Both the position numbers and the translations under genes were made by a program. A stretch of 63,694 nt of DNA, the filler included, from Octopus bimaculoides (Eukaryota): the NCBI RefSeq assembly GCF_001194135.2. It is 8 parts of 8 records of this genome, joined end to end, with 100 filler letters (N's around TTAATTAATTAA, not from the genome) between each part and the next. Parts side by side here need not be neighbours in the genome. Positions count along the whole stretch, not along the records: positions 1 to 8,554 come from NC_068990.1; positions 8,655 to 15,850 come from NC_068991.1; 6 more parts are not named here. One strand, given 5' to 3'. Under the pieces are notes generated by a model. That model did no database searches and had not been told where the DNA came from. It worked only from the letters and a program-made list of their open reading frames with translations. Of the stretch, positions 1 to 12,725 are shown in pieces (position 1 is the first letter of the stretch; the number at the start of each line of letters is the position of its first letter).

Positions 1-884
1 CAGCAACTTTAAGACTAGAAATTTCAAATTAAAATCTGAAAGCAAACATTCTTTTTAAAGAGAATACTTTTTGAATTCGTATTCTTCTTAATAGCATGAA
101 TTAAAATCATTGTATAAATTTCATAGTGAATTAAATTTTCGTCTGGTTTCGAGGATATTATTCACCTATCCCTGATTAGAGAATAGAAGAGAGTAAATAA
201 ATTTTTGTTATTTCTACAAAATGGGAAGACGGTCGAAGATGGGAAACTAATAATCCAACAAAAAAATAATAGAGTTTCTTAGGAAAATATTATAAAGATA
301 GATATTTTGTATGATATTATTTATTTAGTCTACTGTCCTAAACTGTTATCTGTGGAATCTTATCTTCTTTTTATGTATGTGTGTGTGTGTGTGCATATCT
401 ATGTCTGTGTGTCTATGTGTGTATGTATATATGTTCGCAACTTATTTGAAAGTAACATTAGAAAACTAACTCTAAGGGTATTTACGATAACAATGAGCGG
501 TACAAAAATGTGCGGGTGAAAAGAAAGTAAGGAAGATTTTTCGAAATATATTAAATTATAATGAGAATATCTTAAACAATATTGGAATCAATGTCAAGCA
601 GTGCATAGTTTTTAAAAAGGCTGGCGTAAATATTGTTTTGAAGGAGTCTTTCTTGGGATTGATGTATAAAAGTGAAACGATTCAAATTTAAGGAAATGAT
701 GTTGAAAAACTAGATTGCTGTTTTGTATTATTTAAATAATACAAATATATAGTATCTATAAAACTGTATTCTGAGAAATTCATCCAAGTTGTAAGATGAT
801 GCCCAGAAGTGTAAACACGTAAAATATTGCGTAACTTACATAAGACTCTTCATTTGCAGATGCAGTGTATGATAGTGTGTGTGT

Positions 885-926
<42 letters not shown>

Positions 927-1071
927 ATAGATAGATAGATAGATAGATATGCAGATATATATGTATGTATGTATATATNNNNNNNNNNNNNNNNNNNNNN
1001 NNNNNNNNNNNNNNNNNNNNNNNNNNNNNTATATATATATATACATTTCTATATATATATGTATATATATG

Positions 1072-1114
<43 letters not shown>

Positions 1115-3279
1115 GTTACGTATATAATTATATGCATTAAAACCACTTATGGAGCAATATATTTAGAAAAGCACCGGTTAAGTTTGTTGTGAACTATTCC
1201 TCTACATGTTAAGCTGTTAAGATGAAGAATATGAAATATATATGAGGTATGCAGGATAGTGTCACATCATATCTGTCTTTATAAATTAATTGTTTCCGTC
1301 ACGAATTCGTTTTATTTTATACAGTGGTATTATTAAATTGTAAAGATACTTTCTTTTGGTTGATAGTTGTTTACGTAAAGTAAAAACGAATGAAAGAATG
1401 TGAAAAACCTTCAAAACGATTATCTGTGTATAGGTGTTTCCTTATTTCGTTGAGAGATATATAGATCTAAGAAAAATTATTCATATTTAGAAACGGCCAA
1501 ATAATACAAAAATATAACATCTGCGTACAGATGTTAAGAAGATTTATATTCACAAGATTTAATATACCGATTGCATAATATGTAAAACTTTTCATGCAAA
1601 TATGTAAGCAGTTTCGTTAGATGTGTTAGAAGAAATTTGTGATGAAATTCATTGTCAAATAAATAGAATGAAACTTAATTGAGTAAGTAACTGTTCACAA
1701 ATTATATAATTAAATGCATATACTAACCTCCGTAAAAAATAAAGTTTTAAGAAATTCAATATCGGAATAAATGGCAAAATGTTACTAAAATACAAATATC
1801 TTGGTTTATTAGCATTTATTGTCTAGTCACACTTATTGAGTCCTCTCTCAAGTTTTAGTATTTATAGAGACGGTTGCTAAGTTTTGATGGCATATAACGG
1901 ATCGAGACTACCACATACCCCATGAACGGGACACTACTGTCGCAGGGTTTTCAGCTGAGTGGAATGAAGTAATGTGAAATAAAGTGTTTTGTTCCAGGTC
2001 TCCAACCACCGCTTGCTCCGGGTATCAAGACTAAACTTACAGTCGTGCGTGCAACAGCCTAATCATTAGTCCCTGCGTAACTCCCAACATTTTTCACGTT
2101 TTACAAGCAATCAATTTGTCTTCTCTACTTTCAATTTAATTTTGTTGAGAATGTCTTCAGAAAATTGAGTAATCATCAGTTATTTATTTGCTTTATTTTC
2201 ACTTGTTTGCTCACTTAAAGGAACCGCCTTTTCCTAGTGGTTTTTCATGTCAGCTGGTTTATTGCACGAAAAACAGCCGTAAGAACATATTTGACCGCGA
2301 ATGCACGTGGTTGATTACAATTAATTAAAGTTATAGTGATATCAATTTTTTAGCCGCTTACAAACGTGTATTAACACAGGAATGTATACGGTTGTTCGTG
2401 GTCTAATATTTAAATCAAAGTGAGACTGCATTTACAAACAGCAAGCTCTGTTTACATATATCTGTCATGTAAATGTGAAAACGTAGAAATGAATTGTTTA
2501 GAATGTCGATTAATGAACAGGATGGCGGAAGAAACAGGACAAAAAGATTACAAAAGTTTCGATTCTCTCTTTGAAACTGAGAATTTTGAAAATCTTTTTA
2601 GATTACGAAACGCCCCGCTCACTCATGTGTCCATCTTTAAAATTTCAGCGCGATCGGATGAAAAAATATTCGAGTTATAAGCGCACAAAGAACACAGACA
2701 AACAGAACGGGATTTATCATATATACATANNNNNNNNNNTATATATGGGTCTTTATATTGTTATTCCTTCTACATTGGCGTTAAGGATAGATTCTCTAGC
2801 TACTGTCTCTGTATATTTAGAAAAGGGCCAACTGACATAGAATTGAGACAATCATCTGTCAGCTCTATGAACGTATGTATGTATGCGTGCGTAAGCATGC
2901 ATGTGTATGTGAGTTAGTATAGCAGAAGGGGGAATTTCGCTTCATTTATCCATTCCATGCTGTGACGTCTTCGCTATGACATTCCTCTTCATTGGATTTC
3001 AATACGGTTCCAATGTTATCGATCTTTTTCGTAATTCATAAATATATATCAGCCAGTTTGCCACTGAAATCTGGAGGAGTGTGATATACTAGAAAGTCTT
3101 AGAATCTATTCTCTGTATGTGTATGAGTGTGTGAGTACGTATGTGCATGTGTGTGTGCATGCACATGTGTTTGTGTGTGTATTAAGATAGATACAATTTT
3201 ATCTCATACAAATATGGATACACGGTCCTTCTCACACATATTGTGTTGAGTCAAATGTGTAGGCCATTGTATTTCTCTG

Positions 3280-3800
3280 TCTGAAGCCACCCATCTGCCA
3301 GTTATTTGATCCCACGCTCAAACTAGTTCTTGATCTTCGCAGCGAAAAATTCCTTCAATGAATCTTCCACCTTCGCTTAGTTGATGAAGCATCATTTGCG
3401 AAGGCAATGAGCCATAAATCAGAACAATAATCTGAGTGAAATATTTTCCCGCAGTCTAGGCATGCAATCTTAGCAAGTAGTGTTTAAGCAAAGGCCAGCA
3501 TCTGGAATATATCGCCAAACATGGCCGTTTCGAATACAAGGTGAAGCTCTGTGTTTGGTGGAATTACGGGTGGATAATTGAATACGAGTTCGTTCTGGAC
3601 GATGGAATCATTGATGCCAACCTGCACTCTAAACAGCTGGTGCAGATGTATGCCATTTTACAGCAAACATACCAGGCATTGGTTAAAAGAAAGTGAGCTC
3701 ATCTGCAGCAAGACTACGCAAGACGTCATATTGCTCGAATGTCCCGGACTAAACCTCGGGAACTGGAGGGAATCAAACGTGGAAAATTAATGGAATCAAC
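3280..3800. mobile_element. Decayed mariner transposase in two oppositely oriented pieces
   Basis: Plus 3450-3800 reads KVKLCVWW..EFVLDDGIIDANLHSKQL..LQQDYAR.H. Minus 3280-3450 reads SDY..MAHCL..EFFAAKIKN.FERGI..LADRWLQT. Confidence 0.75.
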
Positions 3801-4196
3801 CACCGCTCCTTGAATTCCTACCTTTTAATCTCGTCATCAATTTTCAAAATTTGAATGCTTAACACCCAATGTTTTAAAGCAGGTACATTTATGTATTATA
3901 CGCTTTCCTGATGTATATATTTGTACATGAATTGATATTTCATATGGATATGAGTATGATGCCAGTGATTTAATTTGATTAAGGGGCCTGACCTTTGAAA
4001 TTTGTCCTCCATTCTTGCCTATATTCTTATTGCTCCTTAAAAGCGCTAATGCGTTGCGCTGTGTTAAAGGATATCCATTTGATATATTTCTCATAATTAT
4101 AAATATATAAAGTAAATAGAAAATGGAGAGATATTGATCAACAAAAATTGACTAACATCAATTATTACTTTTTAATTCAATACAAATAGATTGTAG

Positions 4197-4312
4197 CCCA
4201 TCTAACAGCTGTTTCTGCTTCCAATGTATTGCCATTGAAACTTCTAAAAATAATAATCATCATATTTGGTAATACATCCGATCTGGAATATGGAGCGTCA
4301 TCAGAGTGAAGG
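4197..4312 (-). mobile_element. Penelope-like pLTR remnant with degenerate hammerhead core
   Basis: Minus strand CTGATGA (4298-4304) ... GAAAC AGCT GTT agat (4215-4200), with palindromic ACAGCTGT. Confidence 0.4.
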
Positions 4313-5437
4313 AATGAAATGTTTAATATATTTAAATCATACCATTTTGCAAAGTAGATGACTAAACTTAAAATAGTAATTCGTGGGTTAATTTTTCTAT
4401 GGGGATAATAGAGTGGATAATTAATTAAAAAGTAAAGCAAAAAATTTACGATAACGGGATACGCCAATAGGTTTAGTCAAAAAGTGAGTGAGTGTGCCAT
4501 AACGTTTTGAAGTATAGTAGTAATTAACAGTTTATCATCATAACGTGCCCAACAATTAATTTCAACTATTTACTGATATGCTGTAAAGTCCAACCACCTG
4601 TTGCCCGTAATGAGATTGACCAAAGTTCAGCGTTCGATATAATTGGTCGGTTGAATTTAAAAACAAAGGGTTAGTTATTAATACCGTTATACGGGTAGAT
4701 ATAAATAAATAAATAAAAGTATGGAAAAGTAACTGATGTAAGTCAATTGTTGTTGATCAATATTTCTCCATTTTCTGTTTACTTTAAATTTGATTCCTGA
4801 TAAACTCATGTTTATCTTTGTCATTGCATGTATCCTATGAACATAATATGCTTGCATATGTATGCCCAGGGTTAGCATAGGTAGTATAACGGATATTTTT
4901 ATCCCTTAGACGGTTATATATACTAACCTTATATATATGTATATGTGTGTGTGTCAAAGAAGCAGTAGAAAGGTGACTGCAGACTGTGCAACATGATGGT
5001 CTCTACTTCGAATGTTGTGATGCTTTTGAGAAATAAATCAAATGAATTACCTAAGTAAGACAAACACTTGACTCAACACATTAAATGCGCTTAACGTGGA
5101 ATATTACACTCTCCGAAAATATTATCCCTCTTTGGGCACGAATGGTAGGCATTACACAACGAAGAACAAGTATATTGTTAGCATTCTGCGTTACAATAAC
5201 AAAGAATTATCTACTATATATCATTAAAATATATCAACAATCATAAAGAATTTGCTTTGTAGAGTTGACTTGTATTCGTAAACAGCATAGTCGTTAGTTG
5301 CTCCTCTAACTTCCTGCAAAAGACACATGCAGCTGCAAACCGACTCATTAATTTCAGAGATATGTCCATATCAAATGTACTTTTGTTAATACGTGTGATT
5401 GTGCGCTGATCTACGACCCTACACGTACGTGCTTAAG

Positions 5438-5490
<53 letters not shown>

Positions 5491-5638
5491 ATGTGTGTGT
5501 GTGTGTGTGTGTGTGTCTGTGTCTGTGTCTGTGTGTGCGTATGTCTGTGTGCTTATATATATTTACACCAACACATATACACACAGACACATAAATACAC
5601 ACACGTATGCACATGCACACACTCACTTACACATAGGG

Positions 5639-5699
<61 letters not shown>

Positions 5700-5719
5700 G
5701 TATACATACACATACATAT

Positions 5720-5830
5720 ATATCTAAAACTGAGTATGTGTGTCTATCTATCCGTGTGAATCGAGAACTATCCAACCGATTGCATCTAAATTTTACACAT
5801 GCATCACCCCATGAATATCAACATGTCATT
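5720..5830 (+). mobile_element. Helitron-like non-autonomous 5' fragment
   Basis: tctaaaactgag.atgtgtgtc..cgagaactatccaaccgattgcatctaaattttacac. A related start lies at 56210-56272 and a possible 3' type end at 2630-2730. Confidence 0.35.
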
Positions 5831-8800
5831 TTTTTTCATTTCGATTAAAACAATATAACACATAATCATTATAGTGACCTATAGTAGAAGACATTTTATA
5901 TGAGTGTATATGTGTCAGATTGTGTGTTTGCGCAGTCGATAGTACGAGATAGTTATTGATATTTTATACCACGATGACGACGACGTTACATATACGAGTC
6001 TGTATGTGCCTGTGAGTGTAAGTATGTGTGTGCATGAGTGTGTATGTCTCTTTCACTCTGTCTGTGTTTCCGCGTTAGGTACGATATTAAACACACAAAT
6101 CTGCTCATGCATATACACGTGATGACTGACATGCGTGAATGTATGTCTGCATGTGTCTCTCTTACTATATGCATGTAACTGTGTCTGATACTATGAGTGT
6201 ATCATCACATTGTGTGTATGAATATGTATGTGTCTGTGAATGTGTGTGTGTGCTTGTGCGCCCTTTACGTACATTATTAAGTACACATACGTCTATACAT
6301 ATACATATGTGACGAGAACGGCTGGAAGTGAAACTCTTAACAAAAGACAATTACATGGCTGGTTAAGGTATATAAAAATACACATCTACCGTTCAATTAA
6401 CAGTTCATAATTATGCATATCATCTGATCTTCACTTTAGTCTTATCATCTGATTTCTCTCCTCGCATATTCTGTAACCTCATCGGTAATTTTCAGGATCC
6501 TTCCTATCTCTTCTCCTTTGGTCTTGTCATGTCTATTCTATTTCGGCTTTCTGCCAAATATTAATATATGTATATATATATATATATATATATGCATCAC
6601 ATAAAACAATGCATTGATCGGAGCAGACAATAATCGTGTGTCAGGAAGCCGGAATTCCCATGTCAGGTAATTCTGCTAAAAATCATCAGTGGGAAGTGTC
6701 CGGCCACCATTTACCAGTAAGATCTCTCTGCTACAACATACATAAAATAGTAGCCTCTTTTCAGACACTGGTGTCGCAAGTAGCAAACAGGCTTATTAGA
6801 AATTAATAATAAGCTACTCATATATTTAACAATTTCGAAGATTTGAAAAATTAGATATTAACAATCCCCACTTTATGATTTAAGAATGTAGTTTTAGTGT
6901 CTGCTCCATCTTATCAACGAAGATCATGCTTTCTACCTGAAAAAATCGCAGCTTGTTATGTTCAGATCCATAATTATATAAAAGAATCATTCACGAATTA
7001 AAATTTCATTGTTTTCAAACAACTATTACAGAGCTTCCCTTTGACCTTTTGTTGACAATGTGATAAAGTTAAGCTTTTGTTTAACTGGCATGATCTTTGT
7101 ATTGTTTCGTTCTGGATTTCTTAATGTTAACTAACAACTATATAACAGTCTGCTCCAATATTTATGTCTCTTACACACACACACACACACTCTCTCTCTC
7201 TCTTTACTTCTCTCTCTCACCCAAACGCCCACTCTCATTTTATTTGTAAATTGTGTTATAATCCATGATTTAGTTTGTCAATCTCACAATTGCACAACAT
7301 TGAAATTCTCATCGATTGGTAAATGTGAGACAAAACGACAAAACTTGATCATGGACCAATATGTCCGACATTTCATGTATTCTACAACAACCTTCAAATG
7401 ACCTTACATACGAGACATTTTTCTTGAGAGTCTACGCTGTAAATCATTCGGAATCTTTCCATACACAATGCATTTTTTCGCATGCATTATCAGCTTATCT
7501 TAGCGACTGCATTTACTTGTGCAACAAACCTCCATTAACATAACGTAAGGTCATATGTTAGTACAATTAATGTTTTGCTTGTTTCTTCGGCCAGTAATTA
7601 ATCAATACTTTTGGAATATAGTTAATTGAACTATTGGAAACAATTTTGATAAACCACAGATGACTTCAATTTAACAATCTAAGGATAACATAAAAGCCGG
7701 TGTGACGCTGATGTTTTTCCTCGTCTGAAAACTGAAAGCAAATACCAACATGATAAATGGCTTTCACTATTACGAATGAACGAACCTAAAGAAGTAAAGT
7801 GTGTTAAAAAAATAGAGACAGTTTAACTCAATAAGATAAAGCAAATTATATTAAATACACACTAAAATAAAATATACAATGTTTTTAATTAGATAATTCT
7901 CCTAACACTATCTTCTGTCTCTTCTCTCTTTCTTTCTCATCAACTCAAGTTACTTGCCGAGATAAATTTCCATTCATTGTACTTTTTGGAGATACCCGTT
8001 ATTTAATTTTATAAGCCAAGAACCAGTTTTGCTAAGAATAGAGAGAATCAGCTAAACTGACCCACAAATTCAATATAGCATCTTAGGGTATCAATGACAA
8101 CATCTAAAACGGTTTTCTCTGAGTTTACTTCGATGTGTTCGCAATTAGAACTACATATTGGCATATATAAGGAGAGGGAGGAAGAAGAAGAGAGAGAGAG
8201 AGAGAGAGAGAAAGAAAGGGAGAAAAAAGAGAGAGAAAGGTGTATGTGTGTATGTATGTATTTATGTCTGTGTATGTATATTTGTGTGTATGTGTATATA
8301 TATGTGCTTGTATGCACCTGAGGAGATGGGCGTACATTGCGGACCCACGGATGTTTAAGTCACATTAACATATATCAACACGGTAGTAAGAAACTTGCTT
8401 GTCAACCACATGGTTTCGGGTTCAGTCGCAGTGCGTGTCACCTTGGGCAAGGGTCTTCTGCTATAGACTCGGGCCGACCAAAGCCTGTGAGTGGATTTGG
8501 CAGACGGAAGCTACAAGAAGTCTATCGTATATATATATGTATATATATATATATNNNNNNNNNNNNNNNNNNNNNNNNNNNNNNNNNNNNNNNNNNNNTT
8601 AATTAATTAANNNNNNNNNNNNNNNNNNNNNNNNNNNNNNNNNNNNNNNNNNNNAAAGCAAAATAAAATAATTTTTAAAAGTATATTAGATTACCACGAA
8701 GAAAGACAATACATAGCTCTTTAATGAAAAGCTCTGATAAAAAAAACCAACAAAACACCAACGTAATATAAATCTTTTGTAATATTTTTACTCTTTCATT

Positions 8801-9424
8801 GTTTTGTTACTGTTAGAGTATTGATTTCTTCTAATCTGGTCCAGTATATTGATTTGGTTTCTAGTGATTATTTTCGATTATCTGTCAGCATCAGTCAGTT
8901 CCTTGTTTGCTGTTACTTCGTTTCTGATGTATTTCTATTCAAAGCAAGGAGTGTTTTGCAGATTGATTTACCTTTCATTATACAGTTCGTTTTTTTTTTT
9001 TTGTTATGGACATTTAGTAATTTACAGTTATCTCCTCTTGAGATAACGTTATATGGGAAGAACTCCCAACGAAGCCAGTCTCGCAGGAATAAGCTTTATA
9101 TATCATAAATTTTAAAACATGGAAATAACTAACCGGTTATCATTCAATTAATTTCCTGTCTATGAACCTGATGTCTTCCATTATGACCTATAATTTGATA
9201 ATGGTTTCTAATCTCGACACAAACCCAGCAGTTTTGAGGGGCTGGGATTAGTCGATATGATCGGCCCCAGCACTTGAATGATAATTTTCTCGACACAAAG
9301 AAATAAAAAGCAAACTTGGCCTCGGCGGTCAGAACATAAAGAACCGGAATAAATACCACAAAGCATATTTTTTTTTTCTGAGGGCTCCAACGATTCTGCT
9401 TGCTTGCCACCTTGATTTATGCAG

Positions 9425-10030
9425 TGAATATATTGTCATCTAAATTATGCAAAAATGAAAATAACACTGACATCTCATTTTAACAGATATATTTACCAAA
9501 ATTACATTAAAATATTTTGAAATACTAAAGAGTAAATTCATTCAATAAAATCGCCATTGGCTTCAACCAGGGCCTCCAGACGTCTCCTGCAACTCTTCTG
9601 GACGTTCCCTTTGTTCAAGTTGCTGAATGCTGCGATAATCCTTGTATTCAGTTCATCTTTGGTGTTACAAAGAGTTTTGTTGGTCTCTCGCTCAACTGCG
9701 CCCTACACATAATAATCAAGGGATTTGCATCCTGGGGAGTTAAGTGGCCAAATGTTAGGGTGATGTGGTCACAGAAATTGTCTGACAGCCATGGCTGGGT
9801 TCTCCTGCTTGTGTGGCATGGTGCAGAGTGCTGTTGTCAGACATAGGGTCTTCTCGCAGGCACCCACTTAACATAGGGCAGTTGATGTAGGCCTCCATAT
9901 TGAGTCTGAGGCCGTGTGGGAAGATGAATGGTGGCATAACGTTGCCATCACTAGTGATCACTCCGAACACCATGATATTGATTGGGTACATGTTTTGGGG
10001 ACTCAGATTGACACCTAACACTCTGAAATA
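9425..10030 (-). mobile_element. Tc1/mariner-superfamily (maT/DD37D-like) 3' half
   Basis: INIMVFGVITSDGNVMPPFIFPHGLRLN..QQHSAPCHTSRRTQ.WLSDNF..IWPLNSP..LDYYV..VERETN..EANGDFIE*, with stops and frameshifts. Confidence 0.85.
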
Positions 10031-10088
10031 ATTTTTCATTTGTAAGCATAAGCACTTGCAAGCAATAATCTCCACTAACACTGAACTC

Positions 10089-10122
<34 letters not shown>

Positions 10123-10267
10123 CATACACAAATGCACTTATACAATTACACCCAACCACACATACACACACACATGCACATATACATTTACACTCAATCA
10201 CACACGTGCACGCACGCACACACACACACACATCTTAAACTGCCTTACAACAAAATGAGTGACTTAC

Positions 10268-10324
10268 CTTTAAAAATGCAAGAGCTTGTGCACTAATAGA
10301 GGGAATTTTATCTTCTAAGGTTTC
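10268..10324 (-). CDS. CDKL1: Single internal exon of a CDKL1/CDKL4-like (KKIALRE-type) kinase, ETLEDKIPSISAQALAFLK
   Basis: Polypyrimidine tract + tttcag| acceptor, 57 nt, phase 0/0, AAG|gtaagt donor. The peptide aligns without gaps to recalled CDKL4 ETLEEKFSDVHPVALNFMK and CDKL1 EPLELKFPNISYPALGLLK. Assignment is family-level and from memory; not searched. Confidence 0.7.
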
Positions 10325-10670
10325 CTGAAATTGTAATTTGTGCAAAAAACAAAATAAAATAGAAATACGAACAAACAAATGAAATAAAGTGGTCATATAT
10401 TAGTAAGATGGAAGTCTGATACACACAACTATAATTGTGATCTCACTTGTCCATCTTACACACACAGCTGACAGTATTTGCAGTAAAGTCCAGAATCAAG
10501 GAAGCTAATGATGGCCTGTTTCAGCATCAAATAGACCCATAGGGAAGTTTCATGGAACTTACCAAACTGTTCTATGAACTTACATAGAGTTTTTCAATGT
10601 AGATTTAAGATTTCTTAAAACATTCTGTCTGATGTTTTTATGAGTTTGTTAATTCCCCACCTAGACTTGC

Positions 10671-11055
10671 GTGGAGGCACAATGGCCCAGTGGTTAGGGC
10701 AGCAGACTCGCGGTCGTAGGATCGTTGTTTCGATTCCCAAATCGGGCATTGTGAGTGTTTATTGAGCGAAAAACACCTAAAGTTCCACGAGGCTCCGGCA
10801 GGGGATGGTGGCGAACCCAGCTGTGCTCTTTCACCGCGACTTTCTCTCACTCTTTCTTCCTGTTTCTGTTGTACCTGTATTTCAAAGGGCCAGCCTTGTC
10901 ACACTCTGTGTCATGCTGAATCTCCCAGAGAACTACGTTAAGGGTACATGTGTCTGTGGAGTGCTCAGCCACTTGCACGGTAATTTCATGAGCAGGCTGT
11001 TCTGTTGATCGAATCAACTGGAACCCTCGTCGTTGTAACCAACGGAGTACCAACA
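10671..11055 (+). mobile_element. Full-length tRNA-derived SINE (family C)
   Basis: A box TGGCCCAGTGG, B box GTTTCGATTCC, short CAA tail, exact 12-bp TSD ACCTAGACTTGC (10659-10670 and 11056-11067). Confidence 0.9.
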
Positions 11056-11875
11056 ACCTAGACTTGCTTAATGATTTCATGTGAGGGTTGGAAAATGTTA
11101 CCTAAAACTGGTAGAGTTAGAACCAGTTAGCTGGTGTGTAAAGTACCTAAAAATTTTGAGGGAATATGGTGTTGTGGAACACATTGATGTGTGTGATATG
11201 TGAGGCATTTCAATTAGTTACATATCCAGCGATCATGTAGAGACAGAGGGTGTGGTGGTAGAATAAGGGTGGGATTTAGAGTTAAGGATGAAGTTAAGAG
11301 TGTTTGATATGTCAGGGCTGCAAGTGAGAATACCAATAGTTGTTGACATTTCAAGATGACAATAATCCTAGCTTCTGTACCTGCAGTAATGGTATAGGAA
11401 GGATGAGAAAACCAGCTGGAGTTATGTGCATGTAAATTATTTGATATGTTATATATATACATGTATATATATATAATAAATTCTATTCAAAATGATATTA
11501 TGTATATATATATATATATATATATATAGTATATAATCTGAATTAAATTAAGAGAAGAAAATGTAAAGTTAGTGGTTAATATTTATTTATTATTAAATTG
11601 ATAATCAAATGACTTGATTATCAATTTATTCTTCTCTACTCTCAGCACAAGGCCCAAAATATTTGGGGAGGGGCCAGTCAACTGGTACTTAATTTATCGA
11701 CCCTGAAAGGATGAAAGACAAAGTCAACCTTGGCGGAATTTGAACTCAGAACATAAAGCATTTCACCCGGTATGCTAACAATTCTGCCAGCTTGCTGCCT
11801 TTGATTATCAATTATTAATTTGGTATTAATTGGGTTAATTTATAGTTGATTCTGGTTGAGTATATTTCAGCCATG

Positions 11876-12299
11876 CAGGGCTGGATCAAGACCCATCAAG
11901 GCCCCAAGCATTTAAAAGATTTTGGTGCCCCCCCCCCATAATAGATTATGTAATTCAAAATATAAACAGTAACAAACCATAAAATAGATTTTTATTTTTT
12001 AAAACAAAACAAAACAGTAAGAGGGAAAATAATGTTTATTTTTTATAACTTTACTTTATTTATATTTGAAAAGTTTCCTCCTACTCTTTTGAATTGCAAA
12101 GTCTTTGATCAGATTAATCTTAGGTAACACAACAGCATTTATACTTAGTAGAGATAAAGGCCTGCCGAATATTATTTTAGTAAATTTAAAGTGATTTCTT
12201 TTGTGCCATAAGCCATTTACCATTTCTGCAGTGCCCCCCCCTCCTTCCCTTGATGCCTTAAACACGTGTTTATTTTGATAAATGGTTAATCCAGGGCTG
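11876..12299 (-). mobile_element. Non-autonomous hAT deletion derivative, 424 bp
   Basis: Exact 8-bp TSD CAGCCATG (11868-11875 and 12300-12307). TIRs CAGGGCTGGAT / CAGCCCTGGAT. Retains the transposase C-terminus LSLLSIN..LIKDFAIQKSRRK. Confidence 0.9.
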
Positions 12300-12682
12300 C
12301 AGCCATGACCAAATTATTTTCTCTCTTTCAGTCAGTGTCTATCTAGGACTACCTTATCTAATCTGCCCTTTTATTCTTTAAGATGATAGGGCGTGAATTG
12401 AAGATTTGGTTGCTATTTCTAGCCGGCTATGTGTCCACATAAGCCTTCAGCCATGTTTATGCTACAGGTGTTGACCTCCAGATGTTTAAACTGAACTCTA
12501 TTGACCTCTACAATCTACAAAGGTCAATAGTGTGAGCAGCCCTTCCTTCACCCCTACTAATTAATAAAAGAAACAATTAACCTACATATCTCATGGTTGC
12601 TTGGAAACAGCTCTAGCTGGTTTAAACCAGCCCAGACCAGGCCAGGCCAGGCCAGGAAAGAGATAGATAGATAGATAAATAG

Positions 12683-12725
<43 letters not shown>

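Noticed and set aside
8599-8610. TTAATTAATTAA recurring inside N-runs (also near 15896, 31018, 39469, 46085, 56317, 62429)
   Set aside because: It is always centred in ~100-bp N blocks and puts stops in all six frames, so it is an assembly spacer rather than a biological motif.
10040-10070. KCLCLQMKN as the next CDKL exon (CL.MDP)
   Set aside because: No acceptor, no DP or RxT motif, and it lies between a CA tract and a transposon; chance similarity.
10671-10745. tRNA-like sequences with A and B boxes (also 63600-63670 and all SINE heads)
   Set aside because: No complete cloverleaf, and each continues into a SINE body or tail; not tRNA genes.
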